A DNA stretch of 64,000 nt, taken from positions 682,001-746,000 of the forward strand of contig MU057999.1 of assembly GCA_013265495.1 (NCBI GenBank), given 5' to 3'. Numbering within the stretch: the first letter of the stretch is position 1; every line of letters starts with the position of its first letter. The DNA comes from Vicugna vicugna. Taxonomy: Eukaryota. Positions 45,455 to 58,559 of the stretch are shown here, in pieces. The notes beneath the pieces were generated by a model. It had not been told where the DNA came from. It was given only the letters and a program-made list of their open reading frames with translations, and did not search any database. The translations under genes were made by a program, and so were the position numbers.

Positions 45455-48400
45455 AGTCTATGAATGGCACCCTGCCCCTCAGGTGGTCAGCTTCTCAGCT
45501 CCCAGAGGGCATCTCCAGGAGGCTTGCTGGGGACAAGGGGTAGGGTCTACCATATTGTATGCACAGAACAATTTGGCTTGAGGGAAGCTGCAGGGCTGCT
45601 CCACGGCTGATTCAGCCTCTAAGCAGGGAGAGATCACCCCTTTCTTCTTCAGTCTCCTGTGCAGGATGGGTGGGACGGGCACCTCTCCACATGGCAGTTT
45701 CCCCGCCCCACTCAAGGGGCCTCTTCTGTAGCTGTGGTCGAATCTCGGCTCCTCCCCGCTGCCCTCCTTCAGCCTGCTCCCTCTAGGGAGAAGATCCCAA
45801 GGGGAACCCCAGCTTCGGTAACTTCCCTGCACAGCCGAATACCTGTCACTAAGTAGCTGTATGTCAAATGCTTACCTGCCGGTCTGAGTGAAGCCAGAAA
45901 GAGCTGTGAGAACCGGCCTGCTGCTTCACATGTCCCCAAACACAATGTTCAGACAGTCGCAGGTGAAACAGCAACAAATGGGGTTCACGCTTTGCCTCTG
46001 GGGGGTGGTGCAGGGAGAGCTGGCGTTGCTTTGGTGTAAGACTTGCACATGTGGTCCATGGAGGGGACAGGAGGAGATTTGGGTCCTGCTGGGAAGCTGG
46101 AGTCAGTGAGGCCGGAGGCAGGATGGACAGAGATGCTCCCGACGGTCGCTGAGCCCTCTGTGCTGGGGCACTCGTCCGGCCTAAGAGGAAGTTCTCCAGT
46201 CAACACCCCAGGATGATTTCAAGGGTCCCTGATCTGGGCGGCATCTCTTAACAGTACTTTCTAACTTCTACTTTCCTGACTTCAGGTTTGACTCGGAGGA
46301 TAGGAAGGCCCGTGCCTCTGTGTGGAGAGAGTCCCCAGGGGACGGTCCATGGACAGCTGGGGAATCCTCATCCTGCACCCAACACTTGGCAAAGTGTCGG
46401 GAGGCCCCTAAACGGTTAAGAAGAGCATCCTATCAAGAGCCTCACGAGGAGCGTCAAGTCCTACTGTGTGCAGGGTGATGGGCTGCGATGTCTGGCACAT
46501 TTCACGGGCCAGTATGTGGTGGGGTCTGGGAACCAGACAGCTGAAGGTCCGGTGAAACCTGGCAAAGAGGAGAGAGACCCAGGGGACAGGAAGCATGTGT
46601 TCTGCACCCTGCCCTTCCAGCTTGGAAGGGAGAGGGGGCTGGTGGGAGAGACTTCTAGAGGGTCCCAGAGTGTGCTTAACAGCAGAGAGAATCTTCTAGC
46701 AATGCCTGAGGCTCTGAGTGAGACAGGAATTGGGACCCAGTGGACCTCAGTGTCTATTTCCCCGGTTCCAAGGCTCTAAACACAGGCTACTCCATTCCCG
46801 TGGAGACATCAGCAAGAAGATGCCTTTCCTTTTGCATCTTTTGTATGGAAGACCGGTTGCTCACCCAGCCAGTGACAACTCCAGAACTGGGAGGACCTAC
46901 AGGATGCAGCAGATGCCACGCATAGACCAGACCTGGCCCCCCAGGAAGCAGCCGGGTTTGTGTGAGCATATCAGCACCCAGGGCAGAATCGTGGTTCCTG
47001 TCAAAAAATACAAGGAGAACAGATAACGCTTAGGTAAGCAGCAGTGTGTGCCAGAGTCCTCAAAACTCTAGTCCAAACCCCCATTTCACAGATAGGCAAA
47101 CTGAGATCCATAACCCAGCTGGTGTTAGTCTTTGGACTAGAACTCAGAACTCTGTACTCCTACGACAAGGCTGTTTTTAATACTTCAGTCCAATTCACCA
47201 ATATTTGTTAAATAGACGCAGGATTTGGTGGCTGGCAGAATCTTGAGGGTGGGTGGAGAAAAAGAAGAATCATGAACTTTTCCAAACTTTTCAGTCCTAA
47301 AGAGAGGAAGAAAATTAGGGAAGAGATGTGCAATGATGGATTTAAGTCAGATATGTGATTGGATGGAAGGCACAGCTGGGAGGAAGAAGGGATATTGGGG
47401 TGGCAGAGTCCCTGAGACAAGGATGGGGACCTTCTGTGGTCACCTGTGTCAGCAGGGCCGAGCCCTGAGGAGACAGAGTGTGGGGGAGGGGTGCCCCTGG
47501 AGAGGAGCTGAAGGCAGGCTGGGGGACACTGGTGGGTGCCAAGGACGTGAAGACCCCTTGGGGGTGAAGGGAAGGAGAGAAGAAGGATGGTGATGTGAGC
47601 ATGAAGAGGGCCAGGGAATGACCAGTTTTCAAGGCTGAGGAACAGAATTGTGGGCTTTGGTGACAGAACCAGAGGAAGTGGGGATTTGGAGTGCGGAAGT
47701 GAGCAGAGAGATGAGGTGGGAGGGGAGGGGGCAGGAAGCGGCCCTGGCACTGGGTGAGAGGAGGGGGCTGGTGTGGGGGCCAGGAGAGCGGGGAGTTAGT
47801 GGGTGCCATGTCCAGGGGTGAACCCGGATGTGAGCGTGTACATGTCCCTCGTGTGTGATGGTGATGATCACACCACCTCAGGTGGTGAGCACGCTGAGGT
47901 TAAGCTGAAATGGGGTTGGCCAGGGCAGTTGGGTAGAGATGGGGCTGAAAAAAGAAAAGCAATTCAAAACATACCTTGTCTATGAGAAAGTCACCCCTGA
48001 TCACAGCTGTTAGGACAATCATCAATTATTTGTGGACTGCTAGAGGAAGATGTGATCCAAGGGTAACCTGGGTGGGATGGGCCGAAGCCCACCCCAACTG
48101 CATGGTCTATGGGAGTCCAAAGTCTCCCCCGTCTGTCTGCTGACGTCTGGACTGAACTTCTCACGCCTTCTCTGCCCCTAACGCTGCTGGTCTCCATAAC
48201 CAAACAAAGAGCACCTCCCCTGGGGGCTCCCAGAGGCTCTGGACGCCCCCCTCCTCCGGCATCATCCTCCAGGCAGTGCAGGCTTCTCCCTTTTAGAGTC
48301 TTCCTGGGCAGGCGCCCCTGATCCTGAAGCCTTGGCTCCCACAGACATGCAGCAAGACATTTTTCCCAAGAAAGAACAGCGTGTCCCATCAGAAGGTTGT

Positions 48401-49239
48401 GCTGAATGGATTTTTCACCAACCACTTTTTCGTCAGGTTTCAGGTTTGCCCTATTTTAAACGGCCTTCCAGCGTCACACTGAACTTGGATCATGTCTGTT
48501 TTCTCCCGTCACAGGACGGAAGGCTCTCTGGGTGGCGTGCTCAGGTGATCTCAACCCCCAAGACGGGGCCCGGCCATGCTTCCTAGCTGTTCACACAGAG
48601 GAGGAGAGGCGCCGGGCCCGGAGCCGAGCCTGGGCTTTAGCTGTGGCCGCGGGAGGCGCATCTCTCCAAGGGCCTCAGTTTCCCCATCTGTAAGGTGAGG
48701 TTGGTCCAGGAAACTTGACAGCCTATTTCAGGCTAAAGAGTTTGGCGACTTGGCTTCCCCGTGGCCGGCCTGAGGGGCAGCTCTGCCAGGGCACTGCCCC
48801 TTTCCAGCTCTCATTGTTGGGCCCATCTCTGCCCAGCTCTGGCCCCATTTGTTCCAATGCAACCACATCCTCGTCCCCTAGACACAGCCACCTTGGCTTC
48901 ACAGGTCGGTGTGAGCCAAGGTCGCAAGCCAGCCTGGGACACACCCTCAACTTTATTTCTCCTTCTGCTCTTTGTCACTCAGATTTGGACTGCCCCCATC
49001 AACGGCAGCTGCAGGTCCCTTGCTGTGAGCTCCCCAGGGTGTGTGTTGTTTTGAGACCTGAGGGACCACCCACACCTCCGGGGGGGCTCAGCTTCAACTT
49101 TAGGACTGAGCTGGGGATGCCCAGGGGTCCTTCCAGTCATAGACTGTCCCCCTATGTACCTCCCCACAGAATGGGTTTCTGGTTACTAAGGAGCAGGCAG
49201 GTACCCCAATCATTAATTCATTTATCCAACAGTTCCTTC

Positions 49240-49665
49240 TGGAATGAGTTGAATAGTGACACCCCAAAAAGTTAGGAGGTCCTAACCCCCAGTACTTATA
49301 AGTATGACCTTAACTATTACAAGGGTTTTGCAGACATAATTAAGTTACAGATCATCCTGGATTAACCAAGGAGGTCCTAAATCCAGTGACAAACGTCCTT
49401 CAGGAAGAGACACGGGGAGGGGAGGGGAAGGCCACGTGAAGAGGGGTCAGGAATCGGAGAGATTCTGCCACAAGCCAAGGAAAGCCTGAGCCACCAGGAA
49501 GTGGAAGAGGCAAGGGGACAGTCTTCCCTAGAACTTTCAGAAGGAAGGTAGCCCTGCTGGCACCTTGATTTTACACTTCTGACCTGCGGAACCATAAGAC
49601 AATAGACATGTGGGCTTTTAAGCCACTAACTTCGGGGTCATTTTTTACAGCAGCCAGAGCAAGCA
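49240..49665 (+). mobile_element. MaLR solo LTR (MLT1B/C-like)
   Basis: GTTGAATAGTGACACCCCAAAA; GCCACAAGCCAAGGAA; CACCTTGATTTT; TTTAAGCCAC...TTACAGCAGCC. Confidence 0.85.
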
Positions 49666-50269
49666 CAGTCTGGCTAAATGGGTCTTTCTCCCGGTTATAG
49701 GAGCAGCCCTGCACGGCTACGGCCCGTGAGTTCTTAGGAATCAGAGCCTCTGCTGGCCAGCTTGTTGGTGTTTCTCATGAACTGGTACCAAGGCCACACC
49801 TTTGCCTCTAGCATCATCACCTACTGGATTTTCTTGGCGAGGGAAACTTTCCCCTCCCCGCATGCTGCCTACCAGAGACCATCCAGCATCCAACAATAGG
49901 AAATTAATCCAAATGAGCAGGAAACAGGCGGGCCTGGACTTGGACTCACAGCACCTGGATTTTAAACCTGAAAACAAGGAAAGCCTGGCTCGCAGGACTG
50001 TGGTGTGGAAAGAACTCTGGTTACAGTGGAGGTTGCTGTGGGAGGAAGGGAAACCAAGCCACTCTCCTGATGTTGTGTGTAAGGGGCAGGGGTCTCTGGC
50101 AGTGACGTGTAAGTGCAAAAGTCTTCGGGGACAAGCAATGTAAAAGTGGAACTATGACCACGATCACAGCGCAGACCCCTATAAACAGCAAGCAGAATCG
50201 CCGTCATAGTCAGAGAAGAGGAAGGCTCACGACCGGGTACGATGCGCCAGCCTGTCTTCCAAGCACTTC

Positions 50270-50860
50270 GCCCATACTTCTCAGTCTCCGCAGTAACCTA
50301 CAGGACGTTTGCCTTTTATAATCCCTGTTTTGCTGATGGAAAACTGGAGCACAGAGAGGTTAAATAATTGCGTAAAAAACAATTAGAACTCACAATTAGT
50401 CTGACTCTAGGGAATGCGCTCTTGATAATGTCAAGGTGTTAACTGGCATTGTCACAAATTCCCAAAGCACTTTTCCATTAGTGGTTCCATTTTGGTGCCC
50501 AGAGCAGCAGACAGGAAGCTTTATCCCATTCTTCAGATGAGGAAACTGAGGTCAAGAGACTGGTCCAAGGAAAAGTGACCACTGCCACCCTTGTTCAATG
50601 TCTGTCTGGTGTATCCACCCAGTAGAGCCCTAACCTTGTGTTACAGGAGAGTAAATAGGATAACTGAAGGGTTAGCAGTTACTGAGCAATCACTACACGC
50701 CTGCCAAGAATGGCATTAATGCATTATCATGTGCTCATTTCAGTCCCATAACAAATGCCATGAGGTGGTGACCAGAGAGGTTAAGGAAATTGTTTGAGGT
50801 CACACAGCTATAATAGTCAGTGGCCAAGCCAGAGCTAGAAATGCTCCCATGCTCTTAGCC
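50270..50860 (-). mobile_element. Cluster of three MIR fragments
   Basis: GATGGAAAACTGGAGCACAGAGAGGTTAAATAA; CAGATGAGGAAACTGAGG; AGAGAGGTTAAGG...GGTCACACAGCTA. Confidence 0.75.
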
Positions 50861-51029
50861 TGAGAGGAGCTCCAAGTTCAATGCAAATAGCTTCCTCGTG
50901 GCTCCTTGCAAACCTTGATGGGACGTGCTGTCCTTGGGCCTCTCTGGATTGGAGGTTATTTGTGCAGAAAGGGATCACACTTGCTTCGTGCCTCAGGGCA
51001 CACAGAGTGCTTTCTCTGCACTGTTCTAT

Positions 51030-51400
51030 AGATATCTTGGGGTTGAATTGTGCCCACCCCCCAATTCCTATATTGAAGTTTTCACCTAGTTCCTCAGATG
51101 TGACCTTATATGGAGACAGGGATTTATGGAGGTAATTAAGTGAAAGTGAGGAGGTTAGGGCTGTTCCTAATTCATTAGGACTGGTGTCCTGATAAGAAGC
51201 GGGAATCTGGATGCAGAGATCTGCATGGAGGGAAGATGTGAAGGCACAGGGAGAAGACAGCCGTCTACAAGCCACAGAGTGAGGCCTGGACCAGACCTCC
51301 TCTCGCAGCCCCCAGCTGCCTGTGGGATCCTGCCTGCACCCAGATTCCCCAGAACGGTGAGACCATACATTTCTGTGGGCTTTTGCAAACTCGTACAGGT
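51030..51400 (+). mobile_element. MaLR solo LTR (MLT1A/B-like)
   Basis: GGGTTGAATTGTGCCC...ATGTGACCTTATATGGAGACAGGG...GACTGGTGTCCTGATAAGAAG...ACAGGGAGAAGACAGCCGTCTACAAGCC. Confidence 0.85.
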
Positions 51401-52793
51401 GATTTTTTTTTTTAGCAAAAAAAGAACAAATAAAAATAAACAAAAAACACCTCCAGCCATAATTGCAGGACTTAGTGAATAAGCGGGTATGAGCAACTCC
51501 TCCTGGGGTCCCAGACAGCTCACCACTAAGTGTCCTGTGGACCAAGTGTCTCCACTAGATGTCTGAGTTGTTGACGGTGGTGTTCTTAGCCTTGACCTCT
51601 GGCCTGATCGTTTAAAATCGTGCTCCATTATTAGTGAGCCAGTGAACGCTTTTCTGGCTCCAGGCAGCAAATCTGCTTTTAGTGGGGCATCTCCACCACT
51701 CACTCCTCATTTCTTAGGGCAGCCCCTCTCAGGGCACCAGGCAGAGTGACAAGGACTGCAGATCGAGGCTTCCCCTTGATGCTCTCTGGTTCGTCAGGGC
51801 AGCCCGCGGCTGGCTTCATTTACTGTGTAGAGTGTATTCTGCTGGCACGTGAAAGACTCTCTGGGAGCACGCTGTACAGGGACAGGCAGTTTAGAAGCAT
51901 ATGGTGGAACAGCACCTTCCCACTTGTCATAGTTCAACGAGCCTCTATTTCCAGTCGTCTTCAACACCAAGTTTAAGTCGGCTTCAATGTATGAGTTCCT
52001 GCATTCCCGGTCCTTAAAGGAAAGGGAACCTTTTCTGGTGAGCCTTCAGGCACAAGCCCCAAGTTCAGGTTGGGGCTCCTCTTTCCAAAGCCTTCCGAGG
52101 CCACCTTGCTCTGCTCTCCCCTTGAGCACAGCCCCTGGACCCTTTCATCTCGCCTTTATAGCGAGTGTCTGACAATACCCGCCTTGTTGCATAGCACTGA
52201 CTCACTTCTTTGGACCAGGTTCTCATCATCATCCTGACCCCTGTTGTGATCCCTTCCTGTCCTGCCCTGAGACTCCTGCAGCCGCCTGCCTGTCACTTCT
52301 GTGGCGTTTACCTCTCACACCCGGACTGTGTTTCATGTCTCACAAAGGGGCAGCACACAGAATGGGGAGAGGGCTGGCTCCCTCGAACCCACCATGAAGG
52401 GAACTCTCCCCCACCCCAATGCTTCTTACTCCAGCCACGAAATCAGCCTTCTGCTCTCCTGGTTTCCCTTGTGATTGCTTTTCAATTTAGTCTCCAAATT
52501 ATTCACCCGACAGAAAGATTCTCTCTCCTCCAAACCCTCTTCATCTGCAGTGACACCTCCGTCCCTGGAGTTATAGTCCTATAAATATCAGTAATTTGGA
52601 GAATAAACTCAGCTCGACTGCTCCGAGGGTATAGCTCTGCTGCGCATAAACCATCCCCAAGAGCACTGGCCAACGTCCTCCAAGCGGTGTTCACGTACAG
52701 TCGTACTTCACCTGGACCCGAGAGTGTTACTATCACTATTATTCAGAATATTCTAGTATTTTTACTCCTTTGAGGCCTCATCATGTGATGGTG

Positions 52794-52979
52794 CAGTGGT
52801 TCTCAAACTTGAGGGAGCATCAGAGCCTCCTGGAGGCTTATTAAAACCAGATGGCTGGGCCCCACCCCCAGAGCTTCTGATGAACGGGTCTGGGATGGGG
52901 CCTGGGAATTTGCATTTCTAAGAGGTTCCCAGGTGATGTTGATGTTGCTGATCCAAGAATCACACCATGAGAACCACTG
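52794..52979 (-). mobile_element. MER5A MITE, perfect 12-bp terminal inverted repeats
   Basis: CAGTGGTTCTCA ... TGAGAACCACTG. Confidence 0.92.
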
Positions 52980-53069
52980 TTGGTGGTGCATGCATAGGGT
53001 AGTAAAATGCTGCCTCATTTGAATGTAGGCTAATATCCTAGAAAGATAACGATCAAGTTCATGTTGTTC

Positions 53070-53500
53070 ATCCATCAATTCGGTGAATATTTTCTGACCA
53101 CCTACCAGCCACTAGCCAGGCCCCGGGGATGAAATGGTAACGAGGATGGCTGTGATGCCTGCCACAGAGGACAAGGCAGACCAGCTCTGACGATGGAGTG
53201 AGCTCAGAACTGCAGGAGGGGAAGGACAGGCTGTTCCTGAAGCTCAGAGCAGGGGCCCTAACCCAGTCTGATGTGTGAGTGAGTGAAGAAGGGAGAAGGG
53301 AGAAGTCCTGAAAGGCTTCCTGGAAGAAGTGGCATCTACGCTGGAACTTCAAACAGAAATAGGAGCTAGCCAGAGGAAGTCAGGGAGGAACGGTGTTCCA
53401 GGTAAAAGAGAGAGCAGCTATAAAGATCTGGGGAGAGCTACAGCATATGAAAACTGGAAGTTCAGGAAGTGGGGAAGGTGTCTGTTTGTGAGAGGAAGAG
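53070..53500 (-). mobile_element. L2 fragment
   Basis: TATTTTCTGACCACCTAC...GAAAGGCTTCCTGGAAGAAGTGGCATCT...GGTGTTCCAGG. Confidence 0.65.
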
Positions 53501-53559
53501 ATGGGGCAGAGAGACTGCCTGGAGGCTGAAGCTGGCTGTGCTAACAGGTGATGCCAGAG

Positions 53560-53745
53560 CGGTGGCTCTCCAAGCGTCCTTGGACCAGCAGCAGCAGCAG
53601 CAGCTCTCGGGAACTTCTTTGAAATGCAGATTCTTGCACCCCATATAGACCCGTTGAGTCAGAAACTCCTGGGGTGGGACCCAGCCATCTGCGTTTTCAC
53701 AAGCTCTCCAGGTGGTCTGATACAGCTCGGGCATGAGAGTTACTT
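53560..53745 (+). mobile_element. MER5A MITE, inverted relative to 52794-52979
   Basis: GGACCAGCAGCAGCAG...GAAATGCAGATTC...TCAGAAACTC..GGGGTGGG.CCCAGCCATCTG. Confidence 0.88.
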
Positions 53746-54210
53746 GACCTGAAAAGTGGGCAGAGGCTGGTGAGAGGCCACGTGAGTCCTGTTAGGGCAT
53801 CTGGATCAATCCCACAGCACCCAGAGCACAGAATCGTTTCTCAGTAAACATGCTTGTTTGAGTGAACAAGTGGCAGCAAAACGATCACGTGACCTACTTG
53901 CATTTCCAAGGGCTCTCGGGCCAGTGTGGAAGTCGTCTGCAGCAACATTTCTGCACATACCTTTATTCTTTTCTCTTCATTGAACTAAGGCCTTGGGGTC
54001 AGAGTCACAGGGGGCAGAAGGTGAAGATACTGGCTGAGCCTGGCTCCCCACGACTTTCAAATGTATGTATTAATATACCGCACACCTACAGTAGAATCAG
54101 CTCGATCAACTTGTGTGGGAAGAAACGGAGCTCTGGTCTGTGAGACGTTCCGGACACCTGAGATTGGACATGCTTGTGCTATGAAAGTCCTTGGGATCAG
54201 GGCCCTGTTT

Positions 54211-54233
54211 TGTGTGTGTGTGTGTGTGTGTGT
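54211..54233. repeat. (TG)n microsatellite
   Basis: Direct dinucleotide run. Confidence 0.95.
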
Positions 54234-55574
54234 TGGGATCTACGTCTCCCACGGTTTTCCTCTGCTGACAGCTCTGATGCTGGAGGCTCAGAGACGCAGA
54301 TCTGAGCATCTCTGGAATGCAGGGGAGTCTCTGTGGTACTGACCCAGGTCTTGCTCCTCTTTGTCCTGCACCCAGTTCTGGTGCCTGCTTCCTGAGGTGG
54401 GGGCCATCCTCCACCTTCAGGTTCTTGGGACCCTGCCCCTCTCCAGCACAAACCCTAGCGCTGCTCTGCTGCCTACCTGCCTGCCTGCCTGCCTGGATCT
54501 TTACCACCAGGGCTACCCTGCAGGGACTGCTCTGTTTCATTCTAGAAAGGGCCCTTCCTGTCTTCCCTGACCACACTCCCCTGGTGGGGGCTAGCTGGGG
54601 GGCTGCCACACAACCTGTTCCCGGGAGCCACCCTGGCTGGACCAAGGGTGGTCATCCCAGACTGGGCCTGGGCTAATGTCAGGCTAGTTCAGATTCCTCC
54701 CTTGAGAATGAGAAAAACAGACTGGTTTGGACTGAAGGAGCAGAGCTGTGGTGCAGGGGGAGCAAGGCCAGGACAGCTTTGGGGGCTCGGCAGTCCAAGT
54801 CATGTGGGGACAGAAACCACGTGCGAGCAGAGGGTGCTGGTCAGGGGACAGGGGAACAAGATGGCACAGGGTCAAAGGATAGCGGAGACACCAAGGGGGA
54901 AAAGCATGCTCACAGCTTCCCTGCTCCCTGCTGCCTTTAAGTTCCAGTTTTCCCACAGTCTGGTGGCCCCCAGTTTCACTCCAAGCATCGAGCAAGCCCA
55001 ACAGCATTTTAAAAATTAGCTCGAGAGGTCTGCATTCTTTGCAGCTCCTTGACCCTCAGTGGGCCTCCCTGTGACTGGTTGTGTGCCTGACTGACTGGTT
55101 CTGTCCAGAGGCTGCCCTGCCCCGTGGACGCGCACCCCGCCCGCGTGGCCTGGGCTGTGCTCCAGAGGACCATCGGGTCTGCTTCCCAGTCCTCTCTTTC
55201 AGCTCCGTCTTGCTAGCTCTGGGCCCAGCGGTGAGAAGAGGCTGGCTGTGGACATGTGCACTCTGCTGTGACCTGGCCTTTTCGACCACTGCATGGGGAA
55301 ATGGGCTGCCCAGTGCTCAGGCCCCAGGCACAGACATAGCCACACCTTATCCCACGTGGCTGGTGTTGTCGTGCGGGTGGCATCTCCCTCTTAGACAAAG
55401 AGGCCTCGACTGGAGGCTGAAACACAGGCCCCCTGCCACTAAAGGACTGTTTCAGTAGGTTAACTTCATAGACACTTAAACTCAGGCTTGCGGGTTTGGG
55501 AAATGAAGGGAGAGTGTTCTAGCCTTGCTGGCTCCACCCTTTGGCCCATGTCGTCAAGACTGCAGGCTGGCAGG

Positions 55575-55740
55575 CCCAACTGACAGGCATGTGGCCTGTG
55601 AAGTTGACAGGGCTCTGTGCTCAGGAACAGCCCAGGCTTGGTTTAATGCTCTGTCATCTTGAGATCCTTAATAACTGCTTAACAAGGGACCCTGCGTTTT
55701 CATTGTGCAAAGGGCCCTGTAAGTGAAGAGGCAAGTCCAG
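55575..55740. mobile_element. MER91-like hAT-Tip100 MITE
   Basis: GCTTGGTTTAATGCTCTGTCATCTTGAGATCCTTAATAA...AACAAGGGACCCTGCGTTTTCATT. Confidence 0.7.
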
Positions 55741-55859
55741 CAGACTGGGCCCTCTTCTGGCCCTTTTTCTGACTCCCACGCTGGTTATTCCAACTCATCA
55801 TCACACGCACAGATCTGGCTCTGATTATGCTAAGTTCTTGCCACAGGTGGTGTTCTTTT

Positions 55860-56380
55860 TGTTTGTAAGCAAATATTTTTGAGGGCCTACACCAGGCCCT
55901 CTTTATTCAAGGAGGAGACAGATTTATAGCTGGAAAATCAACATGCAGGGACAATTAATCTGGTCTAGCCATGGACAGAGAAGAGTCCTCTTGAAGGCGT
56001 AGACACATGAGTTGAGTGATGGGTGATTAAAGATTAGTCAAAGACTAGGGGAAAAGATATTCTAGGCGGTTCAGCCTGAGCAAAGATCTGGAGATGTGGA
56101 ATGCCACAACGTGTGCAGGGAGCTTGAAACACTTAGGGAGACACAGTGCGAGGCCAGGAGGGACAGGAGATAAGGCTGGAGGGAGCACCTCAGACCAGAC
56201 CAGAGAGCCTTTTATAGACCCTTTTATAGACCCAAGGAACTTTGAATCTTTGGCGCCAAATGGGCAGTCATGGAAGGGTCAGAAACAGGCAGGAACACGA
56301 CCAGATTTGCATATTGGACAACCTATGGGGGTGGCTGTTCTGTGGCCAATGGATTCCAGGCAGCGAGCCTGGAGGGTATC
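55860..56380 (-). mobile_element. L2 fragment
   Basis: CAAATATTTTTGAGGGCCTAC...GAGCAAAG...AAGGAACTTTGAATCTT...CCAGATTTGCAT. Confidence 0.6.
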
Positions 56381-56780
56381 AGAAACATGCTACCCCATTA
56401 CTGAGGATTAGCTTCAGCTAGTCAGACCTGAATCTCCCAGGAACAGGGCTTCATTTGTCCTGCTACAGGCTTTGCCTACAGATCTTAATTTTGCAAGCCC
56501 TGCTTAAAATTTCCGGGAGCTCTAATTAAGGCAATGAAAGGCTTTAACAGTGACCAGAGGCATTTTTCCTTCTCTCCCTCCTCGCACTGTGCCAGAAGGA
56601 GCTGAAAACCTTTCTCTCTTTTCCATCAGCATTGGCATCCCTTCCTAACTGTGGGCCAGCCCCGGTGCTGGGAGCCCTGGGATGCTGGAAGCCCAGGTAC
56701 CGAGTATTTGCATGGTGGACACTAGGGAGGCGTAGCTTCTCCGAGTGCCTGCTCGCTGGAAAATTGCACTAAGCAGGTAG

Positions 56781-57240
56781 TGTGCTGCGGGGGGCAGGAG
56801 TCTAAGGATGTCTCTCAATATCCTTGTCCCCTGGTTACTCAGCCCAACATTCACCTCAGTGCTGATGTGAAGGAACTTTGCAGAGGCATTAAGGTTGGTA
56901 CTCAGCTGGCTTTAAGACGGGGTGGTTATTCTGTGTTGTCTAGATGGCCCCCATGTAATCAAATGGGACTTAAAAGCAGAAGAGGGTCCCAGGAGAGATT
57001 CTCAGCAAGAGAAGGTTTCGGTGCACTGTTGTTTGCTCTGAGGCAGCGGGGCCGTGTGCGGGGACCACAGAGGTTTCTATGCATTAGAGGAGCACGGGCT
57101 GACAGCCAGCGAAGAAACAGGGACCTCAGTTCTGCAAACCCAAGGAACTGGACTATAGTAACAACCTGACTGAGTTTAGAAGCAGATTCGTGTGCCCCCC
57201 TCTCCTCACCCTGCCAGAGCCTTCAATAAGAATCCAGCTG
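56781..57240 (+). mobile_element. MaLR solo LTR (MLT1E-like)
   Basis: TCTAAGGATG...GTGAAGGAACTTTGCAGAGG..ATTAAGGTT...TGACAGCCAGCGAAGAAACAGGGACCTCAGT. Confidence 0.75.
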
Positions 57241-57429
57241 TCTGTGGCTTTCTAAACAAAACAGGCCCTCGAGCCAGGCCAGGAGTTTAGGCTTGGAGAT
57301 TCACGAGGAAGGATAGCTCTGGGTGGCCCTGTGGTGAGAGAGCCGTGCCTGTGGGCGGGCTCTGACGCTGGCTGAGAAACAGGCACAGGAGTGTATTATT
57401 AACTGTAAGTTTCATGAGATGCACTGCTA

Positions 57430-57760
57430 CGTATCCCAGTAGCTCTGAATGTGGAAAAGCAAATCCTTGGGCCCCACCGCAGACTTGCTGAATCAGAAAG
57501 TCTCAGGGTGAAGGTGGAAGATCTGTGGTTCACCAAGCCCTTCAGGTGGTCCTGCGGCTGGCTCGCGTTTGAGGACCACTGGAGTCACGCTAGTCCGGTG
57601 ACTCTCTAACCCCGGCTGTGTGCCAGGTGCCACTGGGATGCTCCTAACACAATCACTGCCTAGCCCCTATGGCAGACCAACTGACTAAAAATGTCTGGAG
57701 TGGGGCTGAACATTTGTAATTAAGTTCCCCCTGCAACTCTAATGTGCATTGGGAATTGCT
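57430..57760. mobile_element. Tandem MER5-family MITE fragments
   Basis: GGGCCCCACC.CAGAC..GCTGAATCAGAA...TTTGAGGACCACTG, followed by a second MER5B-like piece. Confidence 0.65.
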
Positions 57761-58324
57761 ACCCAGGTGCTTAGCACATAATTGATGCTTGATAAATATT
57801 TCCCGACTGGATAGATGGTTGAACAATAATAACCTTTGAAAAATCTTTGATATTAGTAACCCCAGAGGAGTAACACCGAAGCCTGACCATAAGCACCTCA
57901 GGAGCTGTGGGGGAGGAAGGGGCGCCCACCAGGCTTGGTCCTGGTTGTCATCTTCCTCTCTGAGCACTTTTCTGACCTCCCACCTGTCTTACTTCAGTTT
58001 ACCCAAAAGGGGTGAGAGGAGATGTAGGTATAAGATGAGAGCTTACAGTTATTTCTAGGCCCTCTTACATCACTCTTCAGCCCGAGGGCATGGAGTGCAA
58101 TGGGCTCATTTCTGAGACCTGGGGGAGCTGTGTTACGCCAGCTCCTCCACCACCTCTCAGAGTTGCTTCTCTGTCACTTCATTGATGTGCAGAGTCAGCA
58201 TGTCAAGGCTACTTTCCTTCCCATGGGATTGCTTTCCCCATTAAGGTAAGCAAGTATGTGACTGGTTCTTGTCTTTTTCGTCCAAATAGCTATCCTTCTC
58301 CTGCAGGTGGATAACAGAGATACC

Positions 58325-58495
58325 AGGTCATTCTCAAATCTGGTTGCCCATCAATATCTCCTGGATAGACGGTGACAATTCACACTGCTGGGTCCGAGAC
58401 AGACCCACTAAATCAGGATGTTCAATAGTTGAGCTTTGAATAGAACCTCCAGGAGATTCTGATGTCGCCAGTCCCTGGGAGTTTGGGAATCACTG
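58325..58495. mobile_element. MER5B-like MITE
   Basis: ATTCTCAAATCTGGTTGCCCATC...CTAAATCAG...CTCCAGGAGATTCTGATG...TTTGGGAATCACTG. Confidence 0.65.
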
Positions 58496-58559
58496 CCTCC
58501 TAACATATTCTTGGCAAAGCTATGCTCTTTCTTAAAAAAAGTTCTCGAAATTATTAAAC

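Noticed and set aside
46970..46990. RE1/REST-like ATCAGCACCCAGGGCAG
   Set aside because: Mismatch in the GGACAG half-site and poor 3' flank; not supportable without ChIP data
50835..51545. Longest ORF (236 aa, minus strand)
   Set aside because: Runs antisense through an MLT1 LTR and a simple A/T tract; non-ATG start; no recognisable domain
58240..58310. AAG|GTAAGC donor and CTCCTGCAG| acceptor
   Set aside because: The implied intron is only about 60 nt and there are no coding flanks
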